IMG/VR virus record: IMGVR_UViG_3300032252_000001
Span: 5,459-69,458 of that record
Reading direction: 5' to 3' (one strand)
Source of the DNA: a virus
Length of the DNA: 64,000 nucleotides
Positions 8,138-17,174 of this stretch are shown here, in pieces. Each line of letters starts with the position of its first letter. The stretch's first letter is position 1. The translations under genes and the position numbers were made by a program. The notes beneath the pieces are model-generated. The model was not told the origin of the DNA. It worked only from the letters and a program-made list of their open reading frames with translations, and made no database searches.

Positions 8138-9256
8138 ATGAAACGTGGAATGACACTCGAAAGCCTTCTCACCACCGTGGTCGAGCAACGCAAGACGAAG
8201 CGTGACTTCGTAGCCAATACCAAGGAATCCATTGCCATGGTTGACGCTGCCGACATGCCCAATCAGGTTGCTATAGTGCTGCGCAAGGAAGGTTCAGCTG
8301 AGTTGGAACGGTTCTCAATTACTGAGAACTGCCACCGTCAAATCGCTGGTCGGCTTCAGATTCCTTGGAAGTATTACGACCGACTGCTGGCCGATCACCG
8401 TGACTTGGTGATCTCTCAGGTCAACGCCCTGTTTGAGCGTGAACCCCAAACACGCTTGCTGCGCACTCTGGATGGCAAGGCTCGCGCCTTCCTGTCTGAC
8501 CGCTACAAGGTGCTGGACAACGATCAGGTTCTGGAGCAGGTTTTGCCGCCGATAGTCCATGGCGACATCCAGTCCCAGCTGCTGTCCTCGAACATCACTG
8601 AGAACAAGATGTTCATGAAGGTCTTGTTCACTGACGACTCGCTGGCACAAGAGATCGGTACAACTCGTAATGGCACCCCTGACATCGTACGTCCGGGTGC
8701 TATCGTTGAGAACTCCGAGACTGGCCTTGGATCAATGACGACGAAGGGTTTCTTCTACCGCGACTTTTGCCTTAACGGCTGCGTATTCGGTATGACGGAA
8801 ATCTTCAGCACGAAGCGCATTCACCTCGGTGGTAAGTTGGTTGCCAACGGTGAGTTCGAGGTTTTCTCGGACGAGACCAAGCGTAAGCAAAACGAGCTGA
8901 TCATCGCTGAGGTCACTGACACCATGACCGCGCTGACAAACCCTGAGAACGTCCAGAAGATGGGCGATGCCTTGCGAGCCACCAAAGAGGGCACACAGGT
9001 GAAGAACGCCTTCGCTGCCGTCGATCAGCTGGCCAAGGAAGTTCCGGTTCGTGACTCTGAGAAAGAGTCGATCATCGAGAACCTGTTGTCTGATGGCGAC
9101 ATGACTCGTTGGGGCATGTTGAACGCTGTCACCAAGGTTGCCAACACGGATGCCGTCGATTACGAACGCGCCTGCGAGTTGGAGAACATCGGTGGCCAGC
9201 TGCTGGACATGCAGATGAGCCAGTGGAACCGCATAGCCGTCGCAGAAGCGGCATAA
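8138..9256 (+). CDS. DUF932/DUF945-family phage protein
   Basis: RAFLSDRY..LDN, ENSETGLGS, FYRDFCLNG, TRWGMLNAVT motifs. Confidence 0.8.
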   Translation: MKRGMTLESLLTTVVEQRKTKRDFVANTKESIAMVDAADMPNQVAIVLRKEGSAELERFSITENCHRQIAGRLQIPWKYYDRLLADHRDLVISQVNALFEREPQTRLLRTLDGKARAFLSDRYKVLDNDQVLEQVLPPIVHGDIQSQLLSSNITENKMFMKVLFTDDSLAQEIGTTRNGTPDIVRPGAIVENSETGLGSMTTKGFFYRDFCLNGCVFGMTEIFSTKRIHLGGKLVANGEFEVFSDETKRKQNELIIAEVTDTMTALTNPENVQKMGDALRATKEGTQVKNAFAAVDQLAKEVPVRDSEKESIIENLLSDGDMTRWGMLNAVTKVANTDAVDYERACELENIGGQLLDMQMSQWNRIAVAEAA

Positions 9257-9341
9257 CCTAACGGGGTGCCTAGAGTTGGCTTAAATGAGGCTCTGTGACA
9301 AAGCTGCAACCTCAGCCCTTTTTTTTAACTGGAGAAAAACA

Positions 9342-9884
9342 ATGTCAAAAGACCCACATCAATACGCAGCAAAGCTACTTGATCGGCTCATAAACCTTGA
9401 TCAACAGGTCCATGGAGCCTTCTACGAGATGGGGCAGATTCTCTCTGCCATCGCTCACGGCAAGCTGCACGATATCCTTGGCTACGAATCGACAGGTCAT
9501 CTGATTGACGAAGAGCTGTCGTTCTCGAAGTCTCAGGGCTACCGATACCTGCATACCTTCAGGCACTTCAAGCGGCTCGGATATAACAAGACAGAGGCGC
9601 TGGACCTGATCAACGATTTCAGCTTCACGCACATGGCGAAGTATCTGCCCACCGCTGACCAGAAGGTTGGCAAACGGGCTATCAGCAACGCCATCGCGAA
9701 GCAGATCGAGCAGGGCAGGCAGATCAACTTCCAGCTGAAGCAGAAGGACCTTGAGCTGCTGAAGAGGGTTCTAATCTCTCTGGGTGCAGAAGACCGTGAA
9801 GGCAGGCTAATGAACAGCTCCGAGGCGCTAATGGCGCTTGCTCGGGAGTTCGACCGCAGGCCAAAACTGAAAGCTGTAAGCTGA
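9342..9884 (+). CDS. hypothetical protein, possibly DNA-binding
   Basis: GGAG RBS; helical, FSKSQGYRY HTH-like segment. Confidence 0.65.
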   Translation: MSKDPHQYAAKLLDRLINLDQQVHGAFYEMGQILSAIAHGKLHDILGYESTGHLIDEELSFSKSQGYRYLHTFRHFKRLGYNKTEALDLINDFSFTHMAKYLPTADQKVGKRAISNAIAKQIEQGRQINFQLKQKDLELLKRVLISLGAEDREGRLMNSSEALMALAREFDRRPKLKAVS

Positions 9885-9912
9885 AAAAAGGGGGGCAGCG
9901 TTTGCTGCCCCC
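9884..9912 (-). terminator. intrinsic terminator between convergent operons
   Basis: GGGGGCAGC-GTTT-GCTGCCCCC hairpin preceded by A6, giving a U tract on the minus strand. Confidence 0.75.
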
Positions 9913-9965
9913 TAATCAGTAGGTTTTGAAGAATAACAATGAATGGCATTGGCCAGACCCACTGA

Positions 9966-10337
9966 CTATCTCACAATCTCCACCCGGACACCATACTCTG
10001 CTTCAACCATGGCTCGCCTGAGCCGGGAAGCGTTAGTATCCATCCCCTTCACGTCCTCAACGTGCTTCTTGCCTCTATCATCAATGAACTCGAAGTCAGC
10101 CTTGTAGCTGGCCCTGCGACCGTTCGGATAGCGCTCAGATCGAATCAGGACATCCCTGCCACCACACTTCAGCCAGAACTTTGGCTGTAGTTTCAGGTCA
10201 CTGATCTTGCCGCCCTTCTCCAGCGCTTTCAGCTCGCAATAGCGTTCGTATTCTCTTATTGAGTCGAAGGTGTGTCCGTCGAACTTGACCTTTTTGTTGT
10301 AGTACTTGGCTGGCTTTTTCTGTGCTGCTCTTCCCAC
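9966..10337 (-). CDS. DUF1064-family protein (putative endonuclease)
   Basis: KYYNKKVKFDGHTFDS..E..Y...LKLQPKF...YKADF...VEDVKG; start uncertain. Confidence 0.85.
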   Translation of the reverse strand: MGRAAQKKPAKYYNKKVKFDGHTFDSIREYERYCELKALEKGGKISDLKLQPKFWLKCGGRDVLIRSERYPNGRRASYKADFEFIDDRGKKHVEDVKGMDTNASRLRRAMVEAEYGVRVEIVR

Positions 10338-10645
10338 CTCACTGCCTCCGCAAAAATGTTGTATGGCAGCTGGTTGTTCACCCAGATGAGGTGGTCCCAT
10401 TGCCTGCCGAAATCCTTTTCCCAGCTCTCAACCCCATACCCGGAATCGATGCCAGAGTTTCCAGTATGGTACACGGCATTGAGTGGTATCTGTAGGAACG
10501 GGTTCTGTTTCTGCCCTACACCTACGTGCCAGCCCATGTCTTTCATGGACCCACCGTGGCAATGGTGCAGCGTGACAAACGGGCTGCGCGAGACGGCACA
10601 CCGCAGCTGTCTCAAATACTTCTCGTGCTTACTAACCGACACCAT
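10256..10645 (-). CDS. Ref/DUF968-like HNH-type nuclease
   Basis: CAVS...LHHCHG...IPLNAVYHTG...VESWEKDFG. Confidence 0.7.
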   Translation of the reverse strand: MVSVSKHEKYLRQLRCAVSRSPFVTLHHCHGGSMKDMGWHVGVGQKQNPFLQIPLNAVYHTGNSGIDSGYGVESWEKDFGRQWDHLIWVNNQLPYNIFAEAVRWEEQHRKSQPSTTTKRSSSTDTPSTQ

Positions 10646-11075
10646 CCATCTTAACTCGCACGAACTCCCCAATCGGAATATGGTAGCACTGCTCGATGTC
10701 TTTTTTGTCGTTTCGGTCACGCCTTCCACCTTCAGCGACCCACCAGTTTGCGGTTGACCCCTCGTCCAGTTGTCGCCACCAGACTCCATCACCCTCCCAC
10801 CGAACGATAAGAAACACCGGCAACGGGTGCCAACGCTCTATCAGGCCATCTACCTTAGCTTTGCTAATCATGTAGGTTGTGTAATCGCTCCTGCTGCACG
10901 TCCTGCACTTGATCTCACCAATCGCCACACGCTCGCCACTGCGCCAGAACGATACATCTGGTGAGTAATCATCTATCTCCTTCACCTTCTTGTACGTGCA
11001 GTTCATATTCAAACAAAAGATTTTTGCCACACCGTCCTCATTAGTGCGGTCGCCTTTTGTCTCATACCTTGGCAT
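10632..11075 (-). CDS. PD-(D/E)XK nuclease-like protein
   Basis: SPDVSF...GEIKCR motif. Confidence 0.7.
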   Translation of the reverse strand: MPRYETKGDRTNEDGVAKIFCLNMNCTYKKVKEIDDYSPDVSFWRSGERVAIGEIKCRTCSRSDYTTYMISKAKVDGLIERWHPLPVFLIVRWEGDGVWWRQLDEGSTANWWVAEGGRRDRNDKKDIEQCYHIPIGEFVRVKMDGVG

Positions 11076-11740
11076 CAGTATTCACCCTGCCACATCAGGA
11101 ACGGTCGCCTGACCTCGTTGTGAAAGCGCTCTGCCAGCCTCTCATCTTTGTCCAGCTCAGACCGAGACTGGATGTCCAGATAACAATACAGCCACAGCCT
11201 TGCCGTGTCTTCGTCGTAGTCGCCGGGAGCCTGTGGGTTGATCTCCCCAAGGTAACACCAGAACCCCTCGTTCTTACACAGCATCGCGGCGGCGTAGCTG
11301 GGGCGCTCTGAGGGCCGCGTACTCTGCTTCTCGACCCGATCCCTCACCTTCTGATCAATAATCTCTTCGTCGTCGTCCAGCTCCACCAGAGAGATGATCA
11401 GAGGCTGTTTACGACCGATGCCATCGAACGGATGGCCCAGCAGGTCACCACATAGCCAGAACTTCGCTGTGTGGCCGTTGGTCTGGCTGTCATTCCACCC
11501 GGCCAGCATCACCTCGTCTTCGTACAGCAGGTGCATGAGCGCGTCCTTCGCGTACGTCTGGCACACCATCATAAAGCGTGTCCCGGCTCTGCCCTTACGG
11601 CGCTTCGTGAACGCATGGAACGGGTTGCGCCTGTCCTCTGCGTCCTTGTCCATGGGCAGCTTGAAGGTCACGGTGCTGCCGTTCTCGTCGTTCCAGTCTG
11701 CTCTGGCCATGGTGACCTTGCCTGTCCATGCAATGCTCAC
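11075..11740 (-). CDS. hypothetical phage protein
   Basis: 221-aa ORF; C-terminal IQSRSELD...F...RRPF motif. Confidence 0.7.
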   Translation of the reverse strand: MSIAWTGKVTMARADWNDENGSTVTFKLPMDKDAEDRRNPFHAFTKRRKGRAGTRFMMVCQTYAKDALMHLLYEDEVMLAGWNDSQTNGHTAKFWLCGDLLGHPFDGIGRKQPLIISLVELDDDEEIIDQKVRDRVEKQSTRPSERPSYAAAMLCKNEGFWCYLGEINPQAPGDYDEDTARLWLYCYLDIQSRSELDKDERLAERFHNEVRRPFLMWQGEY

Positions 11741-12003
11741 TGCTTCAGCTCCTTCAGTGCTTTCTTGTCGCTCTTTTTAATCCACAAGCGCACAATATCC
11801 TTCGCTATTCTGTAGTCCTTCATTTCGCGCACGTGATCGCCAAGCGAGCCTTCGTCTTCGTACATCCCTTCACCCATCCATGGGTCCCAGTCGTCACCAT
11901 CACGTCCATTACAGACAACCAGCAGAATTGCCAGACGGTCAGCCAGCATCCTGATCCTAGTGTCAGCTACCAGCTGCACTCTGTCCTGTGTTTCGTTTTT
12001 CAT
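11737..12003 (-). CDS. hypothetical protein
   Basis: ORF coupled to downstream gene; GGAG RBS. Confidence 0.55.
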   Translation of the reverse strand: MKNETQDRVQLVADTRIRMLADRLAILLVVCNGRDGDDWDPWMGEGMYEDEGSLGDHVREMKDYRIAKDIVRLWIKKSDKKALKELKQ

Positions 12004-13513
12004 TGTTAATCTTCTCCATTTTTTTTGCATACGCTATGTTGCGATGCCTGATGTATGCCTTCACCTCACCGTTCGGCTCCGAGGCTGGCATATCTTTATA
12101 GTAGTTCGGCCACACTTTGAATTTTGATTTGAATGTGTGCGCAACCCAACCTTCCTTCTTTCCGTTTAGCTCCGCGTATCCCTTCAGCATCGAGAACCAG
12201 TGCCGCTTCTCGTCCGTTGTCCAAACCTTCTTCTTTGCTGTTTTGCGTTTCTCTGCCCTGACCTCCATCAAGTCGCCTGAGCGAGACTCCACGTACTTGC
12301 CGTACTTCTCTGGGGTGTGCCCACAATGAGGACATACCAGTTGTCCGGTATAAACCGTCGCGCACTTCACGCATGTGATAGGCTTTCTTTCATCGAAGTC
12401 TTTTTGTCGGTCTGCTTTCGACGTGTGTAACGCCTTGCCCTCTTCGAGAACCCAGTCATGCTCATCTTGGATGAAGCCGTGTTCGTAGACGTTACCGCTA
12501 TGGTCGAGGATGAAGCAGTCTTTCTTGTTGTCGGCTACTCGCAGGGTACGGCCACCCATCTGGAGATACAGGCCAAGATTCTTCGTAGGCCGCGCCAGAA
12601 TATTACAGCTCAAACTCGGCTCATCGAAGCCCTCGGTAAAGACCGCATAATTGCAGACAACCTGTATATTGCCTACCTTCAGGTCGGCTATGATTTGCTT
12701 TCGATCTTCCAGCGACGTGTCTCCATCTACGTGCGCTGCTTTAGCCCCTGCCTTGGCGAACTCGTCGCGCAAGTGAATCGAATGTTTGACCCCAGAGGCA
12801 AATACTATAGTTGGCCTGTCATGAGCAAGCCGATGCCAGTGTTCAACGATACCACCGACCAATGAGCGCTTATCCATTGCGCGTTCGAGTTCCCTTGGGT
12901 CGTAGTCTCCACCCTTCACTTTCACGCCAGTCAGGTCGGTTATGTTTGGCGCAAACGTGACCGGCTCGCAGAGGTAGTCATGCTCGATCATCCAAGCAAT
13001 GCTCGGCCCCTTAACCATGTAATCGTACACGTGACCCAGACCTTTGCCGTCTCCACGGATGGGTGTAGCCGTCAATCCAATGACGACATCTTCACCGTAG
13101 TGGTTGATCAGAGTGATGTAAGTCGGTGCAAGACTGCGGTGAGCCTCATCAACGATAATTATGTCCGAGTTGGGAAGGGGCAGCTTTTCCGTTGTGATAC
13201 ATCTGGCACGGATAGTGTCGATACTGGCCACCTGACAATCCGCTGCGCCGTATGGGTATTCACCGGCCATAAGAATGCCGTGGTCAACACCGAAATTAAC
13301 CAGCTTGTCGGCACACTGGTAGATAAGCTCGCGGCGATGGGCGAGAAACATCGAACGACGCATCTTCTCCGCAGCAAGTTTTACGATCTGAGCTGCGATG
13401 ACTGTCTTGCCACCCCCGGTCGGAACCACCACGAGTATCTTGCGATACCCCATGCCGATGGCTGACCTCACCTGATTGATGATGTCCCACTGCCAGTCCC
13501 ATGGTGTGATCAT
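11963..13513 (-). CDS. superfamily 2 DEAH helicase (RadD/YejH-like) with C-terminal zinc ribbon
   Basis: PTGGGKT, DEAH, GLTATP, TEGFD, QMGGRTLR, CVKC...CPHC. Confidence 0.92.
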   Translation of the reverse strand: MITPWDWQWDIINQVRSAIGMGYRKILVVVPTGGGKTVIAAQIVKLAAEKMRRSMFLAHRRELIYQCADKLVNFGVDHGILMAGEYPYGAADCQVASIDTIRARCITTEKLPLPNSDIIIVDEAHRSLAPTYITLINHYGEDVVIGLTATPIRGDGKGLGHVYDYMVKGPSIAWMIEHDYLCEPVTFAPNITDLTGVKVKGGDYDPRELERAMDKRSLVGGIVEHWHRLAHDRPTIVFASGVKHSIHLRDEFAKAGAKAAHVDGDTSLEDRKQIIADLKVGNIQVVCNYAVFTEGFDEPSLSCNILARPTKNLGLYLQMGGRTLRVADNKKDCFILDHSGNVYEHGFIQDEHDWVLEEGKALHTSKADRQKDFDERKPITCVKCATVYTGQLVCPHCGHTPEKYGKYVESRSGDLMEVRAEKRKTAKKKVWTTDEKRHWFSMLKGYAELNGKKEGWVAHTFKSKFKVWPNYYKDMPASEPNGEVKAYIRHRNIAYAKKMEKINNEKRNTGQSAAGS

Positions 13514-13818
13514 TTCAGAAAGCCTTGTTCGCGCTGACGGCGAATCTTCTCTTGCATGTAGGCTTTCTTTCCGGCTGGTGTGCGCCGGTATTTATTCACG
13601 CTGCGCACGAAAGACCGGTATCCCTTCATCTCGACCAGACCCCTCTTGACCAGACGGCGAGCGGTGCCGCTGTGATGGCTCGCATCCCACGCACCGAAGT
13701 CCATTGGCTTTAGCCACTCAGTATCTGAGAGCTGCCATAGTACCTCGAACTGATTGTCTGTTAGTTGCTGCAAGCGTATCTCCCGCGCACGTGGCCTTCC
13801 CACCCCAGCGTGGCGCAA
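13510..13818 (-). CDS. winged-helix-like hypothetical protein (start uncertain)
   Basis: TARRLVKRGLVE...YRRTPAG winged-helix pattern. Confidence 0.55.
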   Translation of the reverse strand: MRHAGVGRPRAREIRLQQLTDNQFEVLWQLSDTEWLKPMDFGAWDASHHSGTARRLVKRGLVEMKGYRSFVRSVNKYRRTPAGKKAYMQEKIRRQREQGFLK

Positions 13819-14018
13819 AGCGACGACTTACGGTTTAGGTCTCCCACCTGTTCTCCCCACCGTATGGTCGTGGTCACCGGACGCGAGTTCAGGATGTGAG
13901 TTGCGGTCACGCCTGCATCCAACACCGACTGGTGGAGATGCTTGACTTGTTTAGACAGGGCAGTGTGGTAGGATTGCCTTGTCTGATGTTTCGCCGGTCA
14001 AGCATCAACATCAGATTT

Positions 14019-14058
14019 GAAGCCCCACTTGCGTCTCTGCGGTGGGGCTTCGTTATTT
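14019..14058. terminator. GC-rich hairpin, terminator-like
   Basis: GAAGCCCCAC...GTGGGGCTTC followed by GTTATTT. Confidence 0.6.
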
Positions 14059-14061
14059 ATA

Positions 14062-14319
14062 CTACTTGTCGAATATCTCTTCAACCGTCATTGGGTAATC
14101 ATTGCGCTTTGCGTACTCGACTATCTTCAGCGCAGCTGGCCCACGCGGCTTCGACTTCCCTTCGGTCTCCCAAACCCTGAGCGTGTCCACGTTCACACCC
14201 AATAGCTCAGCAAACTCGTGCCTGTCCATCCGTAACTCTTCACGAAAACGACGTATTGTGTTGGGGTGCGGTGGCTTTGCGTCTGGTCGTAAACTCGGGC
14301 CGTAGGGGTCTGCCATCAC
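14062..14319 (-). CDS. XRE-family HTH transcriptional regulator (Cro/CI-like)
   Basis: IRRFREELRMDRHEFAELLGVNVDTLRVWET. Confidence 0.85.
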   Translation of the reverse strand: MMADPYGPSLRPDAKPPHPNTIRRFREELRMDRHEFAELLGVNVDTLRVWETEGKSKPRGPAALKIVEYAKRNDYPMTVEEIFDK

Positions 14320-14341
14320 AGTTGCTCTCTCTTATTTCTGT

Positions 14342-14403
14342 TTATCGGTGAGGGATGAAACTTTACCACTGAGTGTTGACTTTTACCAGCTCTCAGGCAT
14401 ACT
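14342..14403 (+). promoter_or_regulatory. divergent control region with 17-bp boxes and a rightward promoter
   Basis: Boxes at 14342 (degenerate) and 14363; TTGACT(14376)-16 bp-CATACT. Confidence 0.6.
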
Positions 14404-14453
14404 ACTCTGACGAACCGTACTGGCTGTCAGTACGCAATAATCAGGAGAGAACT

Positions 14454-15401
14454 ATGGCACTCACGCCAGAGCAGCTTGAACAGCGACGATCAGGTATTGG
14501 TGGGTCAGATGCAGCCACCGTGCTGGGACTCAACCCATTCACCACGGCCTACGAGCTTTACCTTGACAAGATTGGTGAAGCGCCACCCGAAGACGAAGAT
14601 TTTTTGAAAGAGTCTCGCTACTGGGGCAGCGTTCTCGAAGAGCCAGTATGCAATCGTTACGCTGAAGAGTTCGACTACAAGATTCAGCGAGCCAACCAAC
14701 TCATCCGCTCCAAAGAACACCCATTCATGATAGCCAACATCGACCGAAAGGTCGTTGGCCTGAAGCAATTGCGCATAGGGTTTGAAGCTAAAACCGCAGC
14801 TCGTCCTGATGGCTGGGGCGAGTCAGGCAGCGCAGAAATACCACCGTATATCATGCTCCAGTGTCAGCACTATCTGGCTGTCACCGGCTACGACTTCTGG
14901 GACTTGGCGGTGTTGATTGGCAATAGGGATTTCCGTACTTACAGGATTGCCCCGATTCATGACATGATCGATGAGCTGGTCGCAGCTGAGCAAGAATTCT
15001 GGGACCGCGTTGAAAACCGTGTCGCTCCAGAACCTCAGTGGCAATCAGCAGCAACGACACGCCTGATAAAGAACCTCTACCCCGGCACCAACGGTCAGGT
15101 AGTAGAGCTACCTACTGTTGCGCAAACATATCAGGACGTACTGAAAGATGCTCAAGAACAAGCGAAACTATTCAACGGTGTTATCGACGGCTGCAAGAAC
15201 CGCATCGCTATGCTCATGGGAGAAGCCGCAGTCGGAATCCTCCCAGATGGATCGGCCTACACCCGCAAAGAACAAAAGCGTAAGGCTTTCGAGGTTCCAG
15301 AGACCACCTTCATTGCTACCAGACACACCACAAAGCTCCCAGTGGCTGCGACCAAAGCAATCGAAGAAGGGACCTTAATCAAGATCGAGAACAACTCGTG
15401 A
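14454..15401 (+). CDS. YqaJ-like viral recombinase exonuclease
   Basis: RRSGIGGSDAA..LG.NPF, HPFMIANIDR, FEAKTA, QCQHYLAVTG; AGGAG RBS. Confidence 0.92.
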   Translation: MALTPEQLEQRRSGIGGSDAATVLGLNPFTTAYELYLDKIGEAPPEDEDFLKESRYWGSVLEEPVCNRYAEEFDYKIQRANQLIRSKEHPFMIANIDRKVVGLKQLRIGFEAKTAARPDGWGESGSAEIPPYIMLQCQHYLAVTGYDFWDLAVLIGNRDFRTYRIAPIHDMIDELVAAEQEFWDRVENRVAPEPQWQSAATTRLIKNLYPGTNGQVVELPTVAQTYQDVLKDAQEQAKLFNGVIDGCKNRIAMLMGEAAVGILPDGSAYTRKEQKRKAFEVPETTFIATRHTTKLPVAATKAIEEGTLIKIENNS

Positions 15402-15694
15402 GCAGGTTCCCGGTAACGATTAACGACGACGGCACGGTGCAGTGGCACGGCGTTGATACCGGCAAGACCAAGGTGCTGGCTATGAGTTCAGACCCAAAGC
15501 TGATCGCCCTGCATATAGCTGGGCACAGCTTCTGGTCCGGGCGATGCCAGCATTACGCAAACGCGGAGATCGTGGTGCATAAGTATGAAGATGGGCCAAA
15601 CCCTCGCAAGATATTTTTAGTTGAGCTGTTCGGCGTAATGAGCTGGCCAGCACGAGGCGACAAGTGGACACCAAAGCATGGAGAAGAACTATGA
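15398..15694 (+). CDS. hypothetical protein
   Basis: 98-aa coupled ORF. Confidence 0.6.
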   Translation: MSRFPVTINDDGTVQWHGVDTGKTKVLAMSSDPKLIALHIAGHSFWSGRCQHYANAEIVVHKYEDGPNPRKIFLVELFGVMSWPARGDKWTPKHGEEL

Positions 15695-15822
15695 ATGCTA
15701 CACAAAGAATCGAAGACATCACCAAGCGTATCGCAGCAACCAGTGACCTGAAGAAACTGGAGCGCCTGTGCGGAGAACTCAAGGCCGCATGTCATCAGCT
15801 TGAAGGTGAGATAAAGAAATGA
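15691..15822 (+). CDS. small hypothetical protein (43 aa, not in ORF track)
   Basis: MNATQRIEDITKRIAATSDLKKLERLCGELKAACHQLEGEIKK*; ATGA overlaps on both sides. Confidence 0.6.
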   Translation: MNATQRIEDITKRIAATSDLKKLERLCGELKAACHQLEGEIKK

Positions 15823-16796
15823 CTACCAACAAAACATGTAAGGCGAAAGCCAGCGCAACCGGCAAGCAGTGCAAGCGCAAGCCCGTTAAAGAGGGCTACT
15901 GCAAACAGCACTATGAACAGCTGCATCCGCAGACTAAAGAGCAGACGATTGTTGAGGCGGCGGCTGAGGCGGCGGCTGATGATTCCACAGAGAACTATCC
16001 GCTCGACACGACCGAGGCCACCAGCGGTGGTGACGTGTATCAGGTTGACCTGACTGCACACTCACCGGAGTTCCAGAAGTTCGAGATCGCCAAGCGCATC
16101 GCACACACGCTGGCCAACTCAAACCTCGTACCCGATGCCTACCGTGGTCGAGCCAACGATTGTTTCGTAGCGATCAATATGGGTGCAGAGATCGGCCTTG
16201 AGCCGTTCTCAGCTATCCAGAGCATCGCTGTGATTGACGGAAAGCCCTGCCTGTATGGCGACGGTATGATTGGTGTTGTTCGCGCATCCCCCCTATGCGA
16301 ATGGATCAAAGAGACGCTCTCCGATGATGGTAAAACTGCAACGTGTGAGACCAAGCGCAAAGGCGAACCTCACACCGTGACGGCGACGTACTCTATGTCC
16401 GACGCGATGCAGGCAGGCATTGATTCCAAGTTCAACTGGAAGAAACACCCGAAGCGGATGCTACAGATGCGAGCGCGGTCGTACTGCTTACGTGACGCAT
16501 ATCCCGATCTGCTGAAGGGTCTGGGTGTCGTGGAAGAGATGGTGGACCACGAGGATACACCGCCACCAGTGAACAACTACGAGCTGCCTACGCCCCCACC
16601 ACAAGCGCTGCCAGAAGGCGGCAAGGAAGAGCAGGTCACGCTGGCCATGGTAGAACGTGCAATGCACCAGTCCGACTCTATGGAAGAACTGCTGAAGGCT
16701 GCTGAGATGGCTAAGCAGCTTGGCCAGATGGATCAGGGCACGGCTCGCATCACCTACTCGAAGATGCGCAAGGTACTGCTTGAGGATGCGTCATGA
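15819..16796 (+). CDS. RecT/Redbeta-like single-strand annealing protein with N-terminal C3H zinc finger
   Basis: LVPDAYRG, GAEIGLEP..AIQSIAVIDGKP, WKKHPKRMLQMRAR...RDAYPD.LKG; next to YqaJ. Confidence 0.8.
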   Translation: MTTNKTCKAKASATGKQCKRKPVKEGYCKQHYEQLHPQTKEQTIVEAAAEAAADDSTENYPLDTTEATSGGDVYQVDLTAHSPEFQKFEIAKRIAHTLANSNLVPDAYRGRANDCFVAINMGAEIGLEPFSAIQSIAVIDGKPCLYGDGMIGVVRASPLCEWIKETLSDDGKTATCETKRKGEPHTVTATYSMSDAMQAGIDSKFNWKKHPKRMLQMRARSYCLRDAYPDLLKGLGVVEEMVDHEDTPPPVNNYELPTPPPQALPEGGKEEQVTLAMVERAMHQSDSMEELLKAAEMAKQLGQMDQGTARITYSKMRKVLLEDAS

Positions 16797-17041
16797 CTGG
16801 GAACTTTGAAGTACTCACAGATGAGCAAATGAGAATCTTCAAATCATGCAGTGACGAAATCACTCGGCTGCGCAAGCTGGTACTCATGGGCAAGCGCGTT
16901 GTCGATGACTTCCTGCCAAACATTGGCAACTGCGCCCTGCAAAACTATGGCGAGCTGAATGAGTTCATGATCCTCGCTGGTCAGGAAGAGGAAAAGACAA
17001 CGGAGATTGGACATGAAGGTCCGACTAAAACGAAAGATTAA
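16793..17041 (+). CDS. hypothetical protein
   Basis: 82-aa coupled ORF. Confidence 0.55.
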   Translation: MTGNFEVLTDEQMRIFKSCSDEITRLRKLVLMGKRVVDDFLPNIGNCALQNYGELNEFMILAGQEEEKTTEIGHEGPTKTKD

Positions 17042-17174
17042 GTGCTTCTTTGGGCTTCATGCCCCGGACACGATCTACACGCAGGGCGACCACCTTGTGC
17101 AACGGTGCCTGTACTGCGACAAGATCGTGGTCCGGGTTGAAAATAAACAACGAAAGATTCGGAGAATCCAGTAA
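17013..17174 (+). CDS. small Cys/His protein (53 aa, not in ORF track)
   Basis: IKCFFGLH...RCLYCDK; TAATG coupling to ssb. Confidence 0.6.
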   Translation: MKVRLKRKIKCFFGLHAPDTIYTQGDHLVQRCLYCDKIVVRVENKQRKIRRIQ

